In this document: positions 1-12,630 of the stretch, one piece after another
Layout: every line of letters starts with the position of its first letter
How positions within the stretch are numbered: the first letter of the stretch is position 1
DNA from: Octopus vulgaris
Lineage: Eukaryota
Assembly: GCA_951406725.2 (NCBI GenBank)
Contig: OX597818.1
Coordinates: 93,992,001 to 94,056,000, forward strand
Reading direction: 5' to 3'
Length of the DNA stretch: 64,000 bases
Notes under the pieces: generated by a model
Told to the model about the DNA's origin: nothing
The model's input: only the letters and a program-made list of their open reading frames with translations
Databases searched by the model: none
Program-made: the position numbers and the translations under genes

Positions 1-229
1 TTTCCACAGGTGCAACATTTCTTCACCGAACAAGAAACTTTATTCAATTTTCGCAAAAAAAAAAAAATAATAATAATAAATTAGTCGAACAGGAGCCCTG
101 TGTGAGAATGGTGTGTAAAATGAACGTCTTGTCATTAGCGTTTGATTGCAGTGAGGATCATTTACCGTCTGTAGTTGAATACAACATTATATAAACACAG
201 CCGCACCGTCTCATGTATTGAGCGTGTTG

Positions 230-347
230 ATGTTAACCAACATGTTGACCAACAAAGTTGTCCCTTTCATTCGATCTCGGTCCCTTTCTTCCATCACCAA
301 CAAATACTTCTGGAGATGTCTACACCGTACCAATGTGTTCGAAGCAG
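230..347 (+). CDS. NFS1: NFS1 coding exon 1 (mitochondrial targeting peptide)
   Basis: MLTNMLTNKVVPFIRSRSLSSITNKYFWRCLHRTNVFEA is Arg/Ser-rich and nearly free of acidic residues. It ends at donor G|gtatgt in phase 1, matching exon 2. A second in-frame ATG lies at 242. Not in the ORF track. Confidence 0.78.
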
Positions 348-711
348 GTATGTCTTGCTCTACTTACTTTTAACATTAATACTTGTGTTATCTTTATTTT
401 CCATGGAAGTTCTCCGATTGTTGATACTTGTTTTCGTTCTAACCAAGGTCAGTTCTGATCGAGCACATCTATAATTAAAGATGTTCTAACCAGGTCCGTC
501 TTAGGAACATTATAGTTCCTTGCGTAATTCAAAGCGCTAAGTCCTGTAGTATTTAGCATTTATTAACACCAAGCTACAAAATACATAAATAAAAATAGAG
601 CCCCTAAACCTATATGGGCCCCGGGTAACTGCCCAATGTGTCCATGCCCTAAGATGGCACTGGTTCTAGCTGTGGTTATCCTGTTCAAAGTAAGACAACA
701 TGACTGAAGTT

Positions 712-1150
712 CCTTCCCCAACTTCGTTTCTTCATAACTTTTTAGAAAATGTTAATTTTGTTTAGGAAATTCTGCAGGGATTCCTTTTCAAAGGAGTAGA
801 TTACGATTATGCTGATGACTTTTAAAAAAATTTGAAAGAACTTCAGCTCATTCTTTTCTTCCTTCCAACTTTGTTTCTTCAGAATTTCAAGAGTAGATTA
901 CGTAATGTTGATGTTTCAAGCATATAAATCTGAAGAGAAACAGTGAAAAATGATAAAGTCACACGGAAATTAGCGGTAACAACGTCAGGACGATGTAGAG
1001 AAAGTACAATCCGAAACTTCTCTAATATTGAAATTAAAAAAAAAAGAAAAATTATCAATATAATTCTGAGGTACGTCCTCGAAAACTTTCTGTAAAATAT
1101 ATTAGAAATTATGCATTTCTCAGAAAGTTAAAGGAAACAAAATCGGGGCG
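712..1150. mobile_element. Decayed MITE-like element with imperfect terminal inverted repeats
   Basis: ccccaacttcgtttcttcataactttttagaaaatg (~716) is an approximate reverse complement of catttctcagaaagttaaaggaaacaaaatcgggg (~1113). Confidence 0.5.
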
Positions 1151-1968
1151 ATGTAATCGACTAGGGTTAGAACATTAACTTCGACTAGCCCCCGTCTCCA
1201 AAATTTTTCAAGGCCTTCTGCCTAGAGTAGAAATAATTATTTCCATCAGGCGTGTAGAATCCTCAAATGTCTAAAAATTCTAAGGTGTGATGTTTTATCT
1301 CTATAAAATATACCATGTAATTGAGTAATTAACAAAGTTTGATTAATCTTGTAAGTCACTTATGTAACATGACGATTTATTTATAAATTGGGTGAACGTA
1401 GCATGTCGTTTCTATATGGTTCTTCCACGCACGTTGTTTACGTACACACTCGACAACGTAACCCCTTTTCGTATAATTAAAGTATTATTATTTTCCTTAG
1501 CGATTCTTCTGTACATGCAATTCACTCCTGGTATAAAAAAGAGGACCTGTAGTCTTCCGTTTTGTGATCCAGGAAAGTGAAAATATTCAACTCGCTAGAG
1601 GTTGTCATTTACTAGAAACTAAACAGTAAAGTGAAAAAGAAGAAATTGTTTTCTTTGAAACTAAAAATATATTTTGGGATACAGTGAGACCAATACATAA
1701 GAGAATACACTCACACACTCACATGTATGAAATGTGTGTGTGTGTGTGATGGTCAATAAAATACATTTTTAAAAAATGAATGGGAAACATGTTTTAAGAT
1801 CCAGCAAGTTAAGTTTAATATGGAAGTAAGCTGATTTAATGAATAACTAGATCAGTACAGCTTTTAACATTAAGGTTAATAAGCAAGTGTAATATCTAAA
1901 ATATTACAGTTTCTGTTATAAAACTTCTGAACTTTTTAATCTGTTTGAGTTGTATCATTTATTTACAG

Positions 1969-2042
1969 AAACTTCCAGTGCTTCACAACCTAAAGAAGAG
2001 CTTCGACCACTCTATCTAGATGCATTGGCAACAACACCAATG
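1969..2042 (+). CDS. NFS1: NFS1 exon 2
   Basis: acag| ETSSASQPKEELRPLYLDALATTPM |gttagt; IscS/NFS1 N-terminal motif. Confidence 0.93.
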
Positions 2043-2228
2043 GTTAGTTACTCTTTCATACGACTGTTTTATATTGACTATAGACACAGGCATGGTTATA
2101 TGGGTAAGAAATTAGCTTTGGAACAACATGCTAAAGGACTTGGCTCGCACCCTGTTATATAGCTGCTGATATAAGCAATGCTTAGTGAGTGGTATTGGTA
2201 GATGGAAACTGAAGAAGTTCATCATGTA

Positions 2229-2267
<39 letters not shown>

Positions 2268-2564
2268 ATGAGAATGTCTGTGTGAATCCCTAAAACTTGA
2301 GAACTACACAGCCAATTTCATTCAAATTTTACGCATGCCTTACTTAGGGTCCATGTAGTGTCATAGGCCAAAAAAGTTTTAACTTCTTGCCTACTGTGAG
2401 CCCACAGTAATATCGTATCTTCTCCACTATTTCAGTATTACGTATCAAAAGTGAAACAATAACATCTCTATTGTTATGTCAGATACTTTCACTTTAATAC
2501 TGAAACTATTAAGTGAAACTATTATCTCACATATATACAGACATACATACATATATATAATATA

Positions 2565-3690
2565 AATCAAATCAAATCAAACCAAATCAAAATAGATGAA
2601 CATCAATGGAATTTGTATCTTTGTGGTACCAGTACTGGTGGCACACAAGAAAACCATCCGAACGTGGCCGTAGCCAGTACCGCATCGACTGGCCTCTGTG
2701 ATGTGGGCACATAACAAACACCATCCGATCGTGGCCGTCCGCCAGCCTCATCTGGCACCTGTGTCGGTGGCACATAAAAACACCAACCGAAGACCCGGCA
2801 AGACTAGTCAGGCCATAACCCATGGCCCCTACTTGGGACGTAGTCAGTCCACCTGTGCATACCTTCCTTCCTTCTTGTGACACTTGTGAAGACCTGTTGA
2901 GGCAAGTGAAAATCAAATCAAATCAAATCAAAATAGATGAACATCAATGGAATTTGTATCTTGTGGTACCAGTGCCGGTGGCACACAAGAAAACCATCCG
3001 AACGTGGCCGTAGCCAGTACCGCATCGACTGGCCTCCGTGCTGTGGGCACGCAACAAACACCATCCGATCGTGGCCGTTCGCCAGCCTCATCTGGCACCT
3101 GTGTCGGTGGCACATAAAAACACCATCCGAAGACCCGGCAAGACTAGTCAGGCCATAACCCGTGGCCCCTACCTGGGACGTAGTCAGTCCACCTGTGCAT
3201 ACCTTCCTTCCTTCTTGTGACACTTGTGAAGACCTGTTGAGGCAAGTGAAAATCAAATCAAATCAAAACAAATCAAAATAGATGAACATCAATGGAATTT
3301 GTATCTTTGTGGTACCAGTGCCGGTGGCACACAAGAAAATCATCCGAACGTGGCCGTAGCCAGTACCGCATAGACTGGCCTCTGTGCTTTGGGGACGTAA
3401 CAAACACCATCCGATCGTGGCCGTCCGCCAGCCTCATCTGGCACCTGTGTCGGTGGCACATAAAAACACCATCCGAGCGTGGCCGTCTGCCAGCCTCGTC
3501 TGGCACCTGTGTCGGTGGCACATAAAATCACCCACTACACTCTCGGAGTGGTTGGCGTTAGGAAGGGCATCCAGCTGTAGAAACACTGCCAGATCTGACT
3601 GGCCTGGTGCAGCCTTCGGGCTCCCCAGACCCCAGTTGAACCGTCCAACCCATGCTAGCATGGAAAACGGACGCTAAATGATGATGATGA
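2565..3690 (+). mobile_element. Tandem trimer of RTE LINE 3' end (about 341-345 bp period) ending in (GAT)n
   Basis: tagatgaacatcaatgg recurs at 2593, 2934 and 3279. The sequence is homologous to the 3' UTR of the RTE at 32259-32780. Confidence 0.9.
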
Positions 3691-4440
3691 TATAGATGTA
3701 CATGTGATATGTACACATACATATATACACACACACGCATACACATATATACATAGGTGCAGGTGTGGCTGTGTGGTAACAAACTTGGTTCCAAAACACA
3801 TGGTCCTGGGTTCAATCCTACTGTGTGGTGACTTGGCATGTGTCTTCTGCTATAGCCTCAGACTAACCATAGCTTTTTTCTGTAGACAGAAACTGAAAGA
3901 AATCAATCGTATATATATGTATGTATATATGTAAGTGTATGTGTGTGTCTTTGTCTCTGTGTTTCTCCCTCATCACTGCTTCACAACTGCTGTTCGTTTA
4001 TTTACATCCCCATAACTTACTGGTTTCACAAGAAGAAATTGATAGAATAAGTACCAGGCTTATCAAAATAAAAAAAAAAGCACTAGGCAGTGTTTCATAT
4101 TATTGTTTACCCACTCACTTGTATCTATCAATTTATCTTTTTTTTTTTGTGTGTGTATATATATATATATATATATAGGTTATAAGAGATAATTGGGTCA
4201 TTGAGACCCAAAGGTGTCAGGTAATGCTGAATAAGTGCTATAGACACCATAATTGAGTTCCAGATTCGGTAATATTACGAATAAAGGGTTCAACAATTGG
4301 TTCTATGTCAGCATGTGTATATAAGAAATTTTTATGTAATGAAATAAAAACCAAGGCTGTATAGATATTAGAACATTTAATATCTATACAGCCTTGGTTT
4401 TTTTATCTTATTATGCAAAAAATTCTTATATGTGTGTATG

Positions 4441-4501
<61 letters not shown>

Positions 4502-4791
4502 ATTTCGTAGACAGCACAAACATGCAATCACTGCATCAAGAGGACAGTAAATCTTATGGCTACAGCTTCCTCCTCACCAAGTCTTTAAAAAAAGAAATGC
4601 CATTTTCTGGTAGGGTTTGTAGGTGTCATAGGCACAGCGTTTGTTCCTTGGACTAACTATAAAAAGCAAGGGGAAATAGGAATTACCTGAATGTATAGAT
4701 TTGGGAGTTAAATATACATTTGTTCTGTGAAAGTAGTTGACTTTGATCCAAAATTTCTTCTCTTACTCTATTTTTGTTGTTTTTAATGCAG

Positions 4792-4908
4792 GACCCCAGA
4801 GTCATAGATACTATGCTTCCCTACATGATCAGCTTTTATGGAAACCCTCATTCTCGGACACATGCCTATGGATGGGAAAGTGAAGCTGCTGTAGAAAATT
4901 CCAGAAAG
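4792..4908 (+). CDS. NFS1: NFS1 exon 3
   Basis: gcag| [39 protein letters not shown] |gtatga. Confidence 0.97.
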
Positions 4909-5112
4909 GTATGAATGTAATTTTATGCATTTTACTGGCTTTTTTTTTATTTTTTATTTTTATGATGTTGAGGGTGAGGGTCTTTAGTATAGTTGTAGTT
5001 TAGCCCCTGGTTGTTCATGATCCAGATTGTTTATGGTCCAGAACATTTTGGCTGTGACCAACCCACCTTTTATTCAAACATATCATATGCAGAATTATAT
5101 TATCTAATATAA

Positions 5113-6013
5113 CGTTAATACCAGTTTGAATACGATAAAAAACATGCTCGGACTTGTAAACAAGCTATTCACCATGTTTTGTGGTGGAGGAAATTTCTCA
5201 TTGTAGACATATGGTGTAAATACACCCAAGTCGACTCACAGTGCCACCTATCCAGTCTGAGAGATGCAAGCATTATGGAGTAGTTATCTCCCCTTCAGTC
5301 ACAGAAACCAGGCATTGGCACTGTAAGCTGATAAGAGAGACAATCTCTCTCATGTTTATCCAGTCAACATACATTGGCTGGGAGTGAATATCGACAGCTC
5401 ATCATGATTAAATTACAGGGTGAGTACGCTAAGGGGTGATAAGTAAAAATGCACAGTTAATACCAGTTCGAATATGCCAAAAGCACATTTGGTCTTCTCT
5501 TACTCTTTTACTTGTTTCAGTCATTTGACTGCGGACATACTGGAGCACCACCTTTAGTCGAGCAAATCAACCCCAGGACTTATTCTTTGTAAGCCTAGTA
5601 ATTATTCTATCGGTCTCTTTTGCTGAACCACTAAGTTACAAGGACGCAAACATACCAGCATCGGTTGTCAAGCGATGTCAGGGAGACAAACAGACACACA
5701 AACACACACACATATACATATCATATACACGACGGGCTTCTTTCACTTTCCGTCTACCAAATCCACTCACAAGGCTATAGTAGAAGACACTTGCCCAATG
5801 TGCCACGCAGTGGGACTGAACCTGGAACCATGTGGTTGGTAAGCAAGCTACTTACCACACAGCCACTCAAGCCATTCACCACGTTTCGTCATGGAGAAAA
5901 TTTCTCACTGTAGACATATGGTATAAATATACCCAAATCAGCTCACAGCATCACCTATCAAGACTGAGATGCAAGCATTTCAGAGTAGTTACCTTCTCTT
6001 CAGTCACAGAAAC
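5113..6013. repeat. Diverged ~345-bp tandem duplication with the second copy interrupted by a SINE
   Basis: gttaataccagt at ~5113 and ~5456; caagctattcaccatg...cagtcacagaaac (5161-5308) is repeated at 5868-6013. Confidence 0.75.
5496..5867 (-). mobile_element. tRNA-headed SINE, family A
   Basis: Head gtggctgtgtggtaagtagcttgcttaccaaccacatggttcc, central microsatellite, tail gactgaaacaagtaaaagag; many copies in the window. Confidence 0.9.
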
Positions 6014-7339
6014 TGAGCGTAATTATTTAATGTGTCCTTCCATTTTTTTTAAGACACTAAGATATGATTTGAGGGCGACCTGGTTGCTCTTTCTGATAAC
6101 TTGTATGGTCATACTGAAGCTCTTTTGCTTTGAATCTGAATGGTCAATGATTCAAATCCTTATCTAGCCTGGCACAGTATCAATAACCAGACACTTAACT
6201 TTTACCATCTCAGTTCACTAAACTTCAAATATGTGTCAAAAGATTTGGTAAAACCTGTTTTACTGCTATATTTCAAGTTTTTGGTTGGCATAAGGCTATA
6301 ACAGAAAACACTTGTCCAAGGTGCTATGCAATGGGATTGAACTCCAAACTATGTAGTTGGGAAGCAAACTTAATCACACTGCCTTACCTGTGTCATCATC
6401 ATCATTTAATATCTGTTTTCCATATTGGCATGGGTTAGGCTGTTTGACAGGAGCTGGTCAGTTGGAGAGCTGCTCAGACTCTGATTGTCTGTCTTTGGCA
6501 TGGTTTCTATGGCTGGATGCTCTTCCAAATGCCAAAAATCTATGAGAATTATTTGTGAAATACTCAATGAAAATGAGTGAATTTTTTTTATTAATGTCTA
6601 ACATATTCAAGGAATGTCATGATACCACCACAAGTATTATAAACTTCTTAAATAACAACACAACATAAATACTAAATATTCATGATCTGTTTATGTGTAT
6701 ATAATTTCTTGACAAATGTGTGTTTAACTTATTACAATTTCATATTATTTAAAAGATAATGATGAAACCTACATCAGAGTTTGTTTAAATCTGTGTCTGT
6801 TAAGCCACCATCATCATCATTTAATGTCTGTTGTCCATACTGTCATGGTTGGACAGTTTGACCAGAACTGGAAAGCAGGGGAGCTACACCAGACTCCAGT
6901 CTGATTTGGCATGGTTTCTACAGCTTGATGCCCTTCCTAACACCAACCACTTTACAGAGTGCACTTGGTGCTTTTATGTGGCACCACATGGGCACTTTTA
7001 CAAGGCATTACATGTGGGTGCTTTTAGATGGCACTGGGTCTTCTTGAGTACAGCAAGGTGCCAGGCATCTTGGTCCTTTGTCATCTTGCCTGAAAGGTTC
7101 AGTGTATTGAGGTTGTTCTTCAGTATTTCATCCATGCAAAAAAAAAAAAATGATGGGGTAAAAGGAACAAAACAAATAATATAGGTCCTGGCTGGGTTGT
7201 GTGGTAAGAAGTTTGCTTTACAACCACAAGATTCTAGATTCAGTTCCGATGCATGGCACCTCGGGTAAGTGTCTTCTACTATGTCACCAGGTCTACCAAA
7301 CCTTTGTGAGTGGATATGGTAGGCAGAAATTGAAAGAAG

Positions 7340-7552
7340 TGGCGAGCTGGTAGAAATGTTAGCACGCTGGGCGAAATTCGTAGCGGTATTTTGTCTGCCG
7401 CTTTGTTCTGAGTTCAAATTCTGCCGAGGTCGACTTTGCCTTTCATCCTTTCGGGGTAGATAAATTAAGTACCAGTTACGCACTGGGGTCGATATAATCG
7501 ATTAATCCCTTTGTCTGTCCTTGTTTAGCCCCTTGTGGGCAATAAAGAAATA
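7340..7552 (+). mobile_element. SINE family B (Nin-domain-like) nested in a family A SINE, with 15-bp TSD
   Basis: tggcgagctggtagaaatgttagc...gcctttcatcctttcggggt...; agaaattgaaagaag at 7325-7339 and 7553-7567. Confidence 0.9.
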
Positions 7553-7985
7553 AGAAATTGAAAGAAGCCTATCACACAGACACATATATAAAAGTAAGAA
7601 TTTACTGTGGTCAAGGCTGCGTGGCGTTCTGTTATAAATAAACAAAATGAAAAATACACATTGTGTACAGGACATCACCAATGAGTGAAAAATACGTAAA
7701 CTGTTTTTCACTCATTGGTGATGTCATGTACACAATATGTATTTTTCATTTTATATATATATAAAACGAATGAATGAACAAACAAGACACTTGCCTCTGG
7801 TACTATGCTGTGGGACTGAACTGAACACATAACTATATGGTTGGGATGCAAATTTCTTAAGCACACTACCATGCTTCAACATGTGGCATTATGTCATTTA
7901 TGTTAGAAATAGATAGTTGCTGTCCGTGTCCTACAAATGTGTTGTGACATCAGTTTCATAAAATGTTTATCTGTTTTTCTTTCAG

Positions 7986-8123
7986 CAAGTTGCTTCTCTC
8001 ATTGGAGCTGATCCCAAAGAGATTATTTTCACAAGTGGTGCTACAGAGTCAAACAATGTTGCAGTGAAAGGGGTTGCACGGTTTTACAAGTCCAGAAAGA
8101 AGCATATCCTCACCACACAAACT
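7986..8123 (+). CDS. NFS1: NFS1 exon 4
   Basis: tcag| [46 protein letters not shown] |gtatgt. Confidence 0.97.
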
Positions 8124-8223
8124 GTATGTCATGTGACTCTATATCTAATTTGTACATTAGTCCATTTTTGTGCATGTTAACCCCATTGTTACCATATTTC
8201 TATTAACATACATTTCTTTTGTG

Positions 8224-8560
8224 AAGGCACATGGCTCAGTGGTTAGAGCATTGGGATCACAATCATGAGGTAGTGAGTTCGATTTCTGGGCCAGGCTGTG
8301 TGTTGTGTTCTTGAGTAAGACACTTTATTTCATGTTGCTCCAGTTCATTCAGCTGTAGAAATAAGTTACAACATCACTGATGCCAAACTGTATTGGCCTT
8401 TGCCTTTCTCTTGGATAACATCGGTTGCATGGAAAGGAGAGGCTGGTATTCAAGGATGGCTGCTTTTCTTCCATAAACAACCGTGCCTGGCCTTGTGCCT
8501 CAGAGGGGAACATTCTAGGTGTAATCCCATGTTTATTTATGACTAAAGGCAGTCTTTGCT
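8224..8560 (+). mobile_element. tRNA-headed SINE, family C
   Basis: tggctcagtggttagagc A-box and gagttcgatt B-box; related copy at 39925-40205 on the minus strand. Confidence 0.8.
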
Positions 8561-9353
8561 TGCTTACATTATTTTTCTTTCAATTAATTTGTAAGATGAT
8601 GAAGAATTATGTAAAATAACTTTGGCATTATTAAGCTGATGCTTGAAATATAACTTAACCCAAAAGTTTTGATTCCATGTTCATACACAAAACCAGCCAG
8701 CCATTTTCATTATGGAACTAGTGGGACCTATAGAAATTCCCCACAACAATCAAGATTAAGAGAATCTATTTAAGAAAGAAAGGATGATTTTTATTTTTAT
8801 TTTGCTAAGTTATTTCACTTCCAGTCACAATTGTATGATATATAATTATATGGTTTTAAAATATTATATGATATGATTTTAAAATTTTCCTCTGTTAAGC
8901 ACTTTATATTTCTCTTTACCTTTTCAACAAACTTTTTAACCTTGTAATTCTCCTCTTCATGTCTTTAATATTTCTCTCTTTCTCTTCACCTTTCCATCTC
9001 CACCTCACAGCACATCATTAACACTTCTCTCGCCCACTTTTCTCTCACCGTCATTTTCTCTTGTTCTTCGCCTCTCCCTTCAACTAATCACATGATGCAT
9101 TTGGCCTTAGTGTATTATTATACTCTCTTTCTTCTCTACTCACATTTCTCCCCCCCCTCTCTCTCTCACTTTTACTCCACCTCTCACTCAACCTTCACAT
9201 CTCTAACTAACTAAAGTATAATGAGCAAACGAACAAGCAGATTGTTATATAGATGTTAGACAAGGAAAAATAACGATGATGATGTTATTCTTAGTGTTTC
9301 TTAATAATTTATTCTACTCCTTCATCAATCTCTGCTAATGTTTTCTGTTTCAG

Positions 9354-9452
9354 GAACACAAATGTGTCTTGGACTCGTGCCGTGTATTGGAGATGGAAGG
9401 TTTCGATGTCACCTATCTGCCTGTTCAGTCATCTGGCATTATTGACTTGGAA
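9354..9452 (+). CDS. NFS1: NFS1 exon 5
   Basis: tcag| [33 protein letters not shown] |gtgagt. Confidence 0.97.
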
Positions 9453-10079
9453 GTGAGTACAGTGTCCTGCTAGCATGTTAAGTTCAATGTCTTAACTCTG
9501 GTTTATTTATTTAAGCTAACATCAGAGTAATGATATATAATAGTCTATCTCAGTTTCTGTGTGTAGTTACCACAGCTAGTGCGAATATTTGCCTCAATGC
9601 ACTTTGTCATAAGTTTGTGCACAATTCTTCTTGTACCATTGCATAATTCTAGTTGAGACAAATTACACAATAGCATAGGAGGAGTCCATTTTTGTCAGTT
9701 GAAGACAATGAGGAGCTGTTCTTGGTGGTTCTAGTGAGTTCAAAAATTCAATGGGGGTAGTTAACAATATCCTGATCATCAATAACACTGACAATTGAGT
9801 TATAATTGAATACTGCTACTGGAAGCTTATTCAGTGGTATATTAATAATGCTATGTACAACAACATTTTTGGAGTCAGGATAGGTTGCTCACAAATCCAA
9901 TCTGTATTGTAATTATGAAGAAGATTAGGAAAAATTTCATCCACCAAATCATCAATGGAATCAGTTGAATTACATATTGGATTGTGTGTAAATTAGCAAT
10001 AACATAATAGCTTCCCTTGAACCAGGTACTTTCATTTTGCCAGAAAAAGAAAGAGAGAGAATTTCGATTTTATATATAT

Positions 10080-12629
10080 CATCATCATCGTCGTTTAACG
10101 TCTGTTTTCCGCGCTAGCACGGGTTGGACATTTCAACCGGGGTCTGGGAAGCCAGGGGCTGCACCAGGCTCCAGTTTCATCTGGCAGTGTTTCTACAGCT
10201 GGATGCCCTTCCTAACGCCAACCACTCCGCGAGTGTAGTGGATGCTTTTTACGTGCCACTTGCACAGGTGCCAGGGGAGTCCGGCATCGCCCATGATCGG
10301 TTGGTGCTTTTAATGTGCCACCGGCATGGAAGCCAGCCAAGGCGGCGCTGGCATCGGCCATGTTCGGATGGTGCTTTTTATGTGCCACCGGCACAGAAGC
10401 CAGTCGAGGCGGCGCTGGCAACGGCCACATTCAGATGGTGCCTCTTATGTGCCACTGGCACAGGTATCACAACTACTATTTCCATTGATATTTATTTCGA
10501 TGTTCATGTACTTGACTCAACAGGTCTCCTCAAGCACAGCGGGATGTTCTGGTATCCAAGGTACTTTGAATGGGCAGGGGCTATGCAGAACTGGTGCATG
10601 AAGCAGCCCGGGTCTTTGCAGTCACATCATATCTCCAGAGATCTCGGTCCTTCGCCATTGCCTCAGTGAGGCCCAACGCTCTGAGGTCATGCTTGACTAC
10701 CTCATCCCATGTCTTCCTGGGTCTACCTCTTCCCCTGATACCTTCAACTGTTTGGGAGTGACACTTCTTCACACATCTCTCCTCATCCATCCGCAATACA
10801 TGACCATACCATCGCAAGCGTCGCTCTTGTACACCACATCTGATGCGTCTTATGTCCAGCATTTCTCTCAGGGTGCTTACCCTCTGTCGTGCGCGCACAC
10901 TGACATTACACATCCAGCGGATCATGCTAGCTTCATTCCTTTCAAGTCTATGCATGTCCTCTGCAGTCACAGCCCATGTTTCACTACCATGAAGCGTGGC
11001 AGTTCGCACACATGCGTCATACAATCTACCTTTCACTTTGAGCGAGAGACCCTTTGTTGCCAGTAGGGGTAGGAGCTTTCTGGACTTTGCCCAGGCTATT
11101 CGTATTCTAGTGGTGACACTATCTGAGCATCCACCTCCACTACTAACTTGGTCACCCAGGTAGCAGAAACTATTAACTACTTCTAGTTTCTTCCCCTGGA
11201 GTGTGATGGAATCTGTTTTCTGAGTATCTGTGGTGTCTATTGTCCCTGTGCATCTGCCGCACATGAAAGCTATCTTATCAGTTAATTTCCCTTTGATGTT
11301 GCTGCACCTCTTATGCGTCCATAGCTTACACTGGGTGCATCTTATGGAGTTTCTACCTACACCTTTCCTACAGATCGAGCAGGGCCACCTGCCCGAGGGT
11401 GTGTGTGCTGAGTTCGCCTTTCTGCTTACTATAACTTTGGTCTTGGCTACATTTACTCTAAGGCCCTTTGATTCTAACCCTTGCTTCCACACCCGAAATT
11501 TCTTTTCTAGTTCTGGTAGTGATTCTGCTATGAGAGCCAGGTCATCAGCATAGAGGAGCTCCCAGGAGCAACCTGTTTTGAATTCCTCTGTTATTGCCTG
11601 GAGGACTATGATGAATAAAAGGGGACTGAGCGCTGAGCCTTGGTGTACACCTACTTCCACCCGGAATTCTTCACTATATTCGTTGCCAATCCTAACCTTG
11701 CTGACAGCCTCTCTGTATAGGGCCTGTACAGCCCTTATTAGCCATTCGTCAATCTCCAGTTTCCGCATCGACCACCAGATAAGGGATCGGGGGACCCTGT
11801 CAAAGGCTTTCTCCAAGTCCACAAAAGCTATGTAGAGGGGTTTATCTTTAGCTAGGTACTTCTCCTGCAGTTGTCGGACCAGGAATATAGCATCAGTGGT
11901 GCTTCTACCCGGCACAAAACCGAACTGTATCTCATCTAAGCAAATTCTCTCCCTAATGAGAGACCTTCATCACCTGATCCAACAGTTTAATACCCTTGTA
12001 GTTATTTCTATCTAGAGCATCACCCTTACCCTTGTAGCAGTTGACTATGGTGCTGCTACGCCAGTCATTGGGTATGACTCCATTATGAACTACCTGGTTT
12101 ACAATGCGGGTGACTAGGCCATAGCCCACATAGCCAGCTGTTTTAAGCATCTCAGCAGTGATTCCTGATGGGCCGGGGGCTTTACCTGCTTTCATACCCT
12201 TAATTGCCTTAACTATAAGGGAGCTCTCTATTCGGATAGCTGGTCCCTCTACTGGGTCAACATTTGGCAGGCTCTCCTCCTCCCATTCATTCTCCACATT
12301 CAGCAGTCTTTCATAATGGCTTCTCCAAGCCTGTTTCTTTTCACCAACATTAAAAGCAAGTGCCCCATCATCCATGCGGACACATTTCTCTCCTGTAACA
12401 TCACTATTTTCTCTCACACACTGTCTGGCAATCCGAAATACCTCAGCTCTTTGGTCCTCATGTCGCTGGACATTGGCAAATTTCTTCTTTTCTGCTACAT
12501 CTTTGGCTATGTATACCTGCCGCCCAGCCTCTATTTTGGCTACCTGGTACAGTTCCCTGCTACCCGCATCCCTCCAGGCTTTCCAGGCCTGTTTCTTTGC
12601 ACTAATGGCTTTGTCTACTAATGGCTTTG

Positions 12630-12630
<1 letters not shown>
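10080..12630 (-). mobile_element. 5'-truncated RTE-clade LINE in NFS1 intron 5 (RT with YADD, PHD-type finger, 3' UTR, (GAT)n tail)
   Basis: ORFs carry KAPGPSG, QFGFVPGRSTTDAIF, AFVDLEKAFDRV, GVHQGSALSP, LLYADD and GRGRPRKTW. A short deletion causes a frameshift near 11955. Both ends abut (TA)n. Confidence 0.97.

Noticed and set aside
175-474. 99-aa ORF with hydrophobic tail
   Set aside because: Overlaps NFS1 exon 1 in another frame and runs into the intron; no recognisable family.
8224-8295. tRNA-like sequences (also ~38727 and ~40130-40205)
   Set aside because: These are SINE heads with A/B boxes that continue into repeat bodies; no intact cloverleaf was seen.
10250-10460. CRISPR-like palindromic repeats with variable spacers (also 2630-3530 and 62250-62545)
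   Set aside because: Eukaryotic context, no cas genes, spacers are homologous to each other, and the array is part of the RTE 3' UTR.
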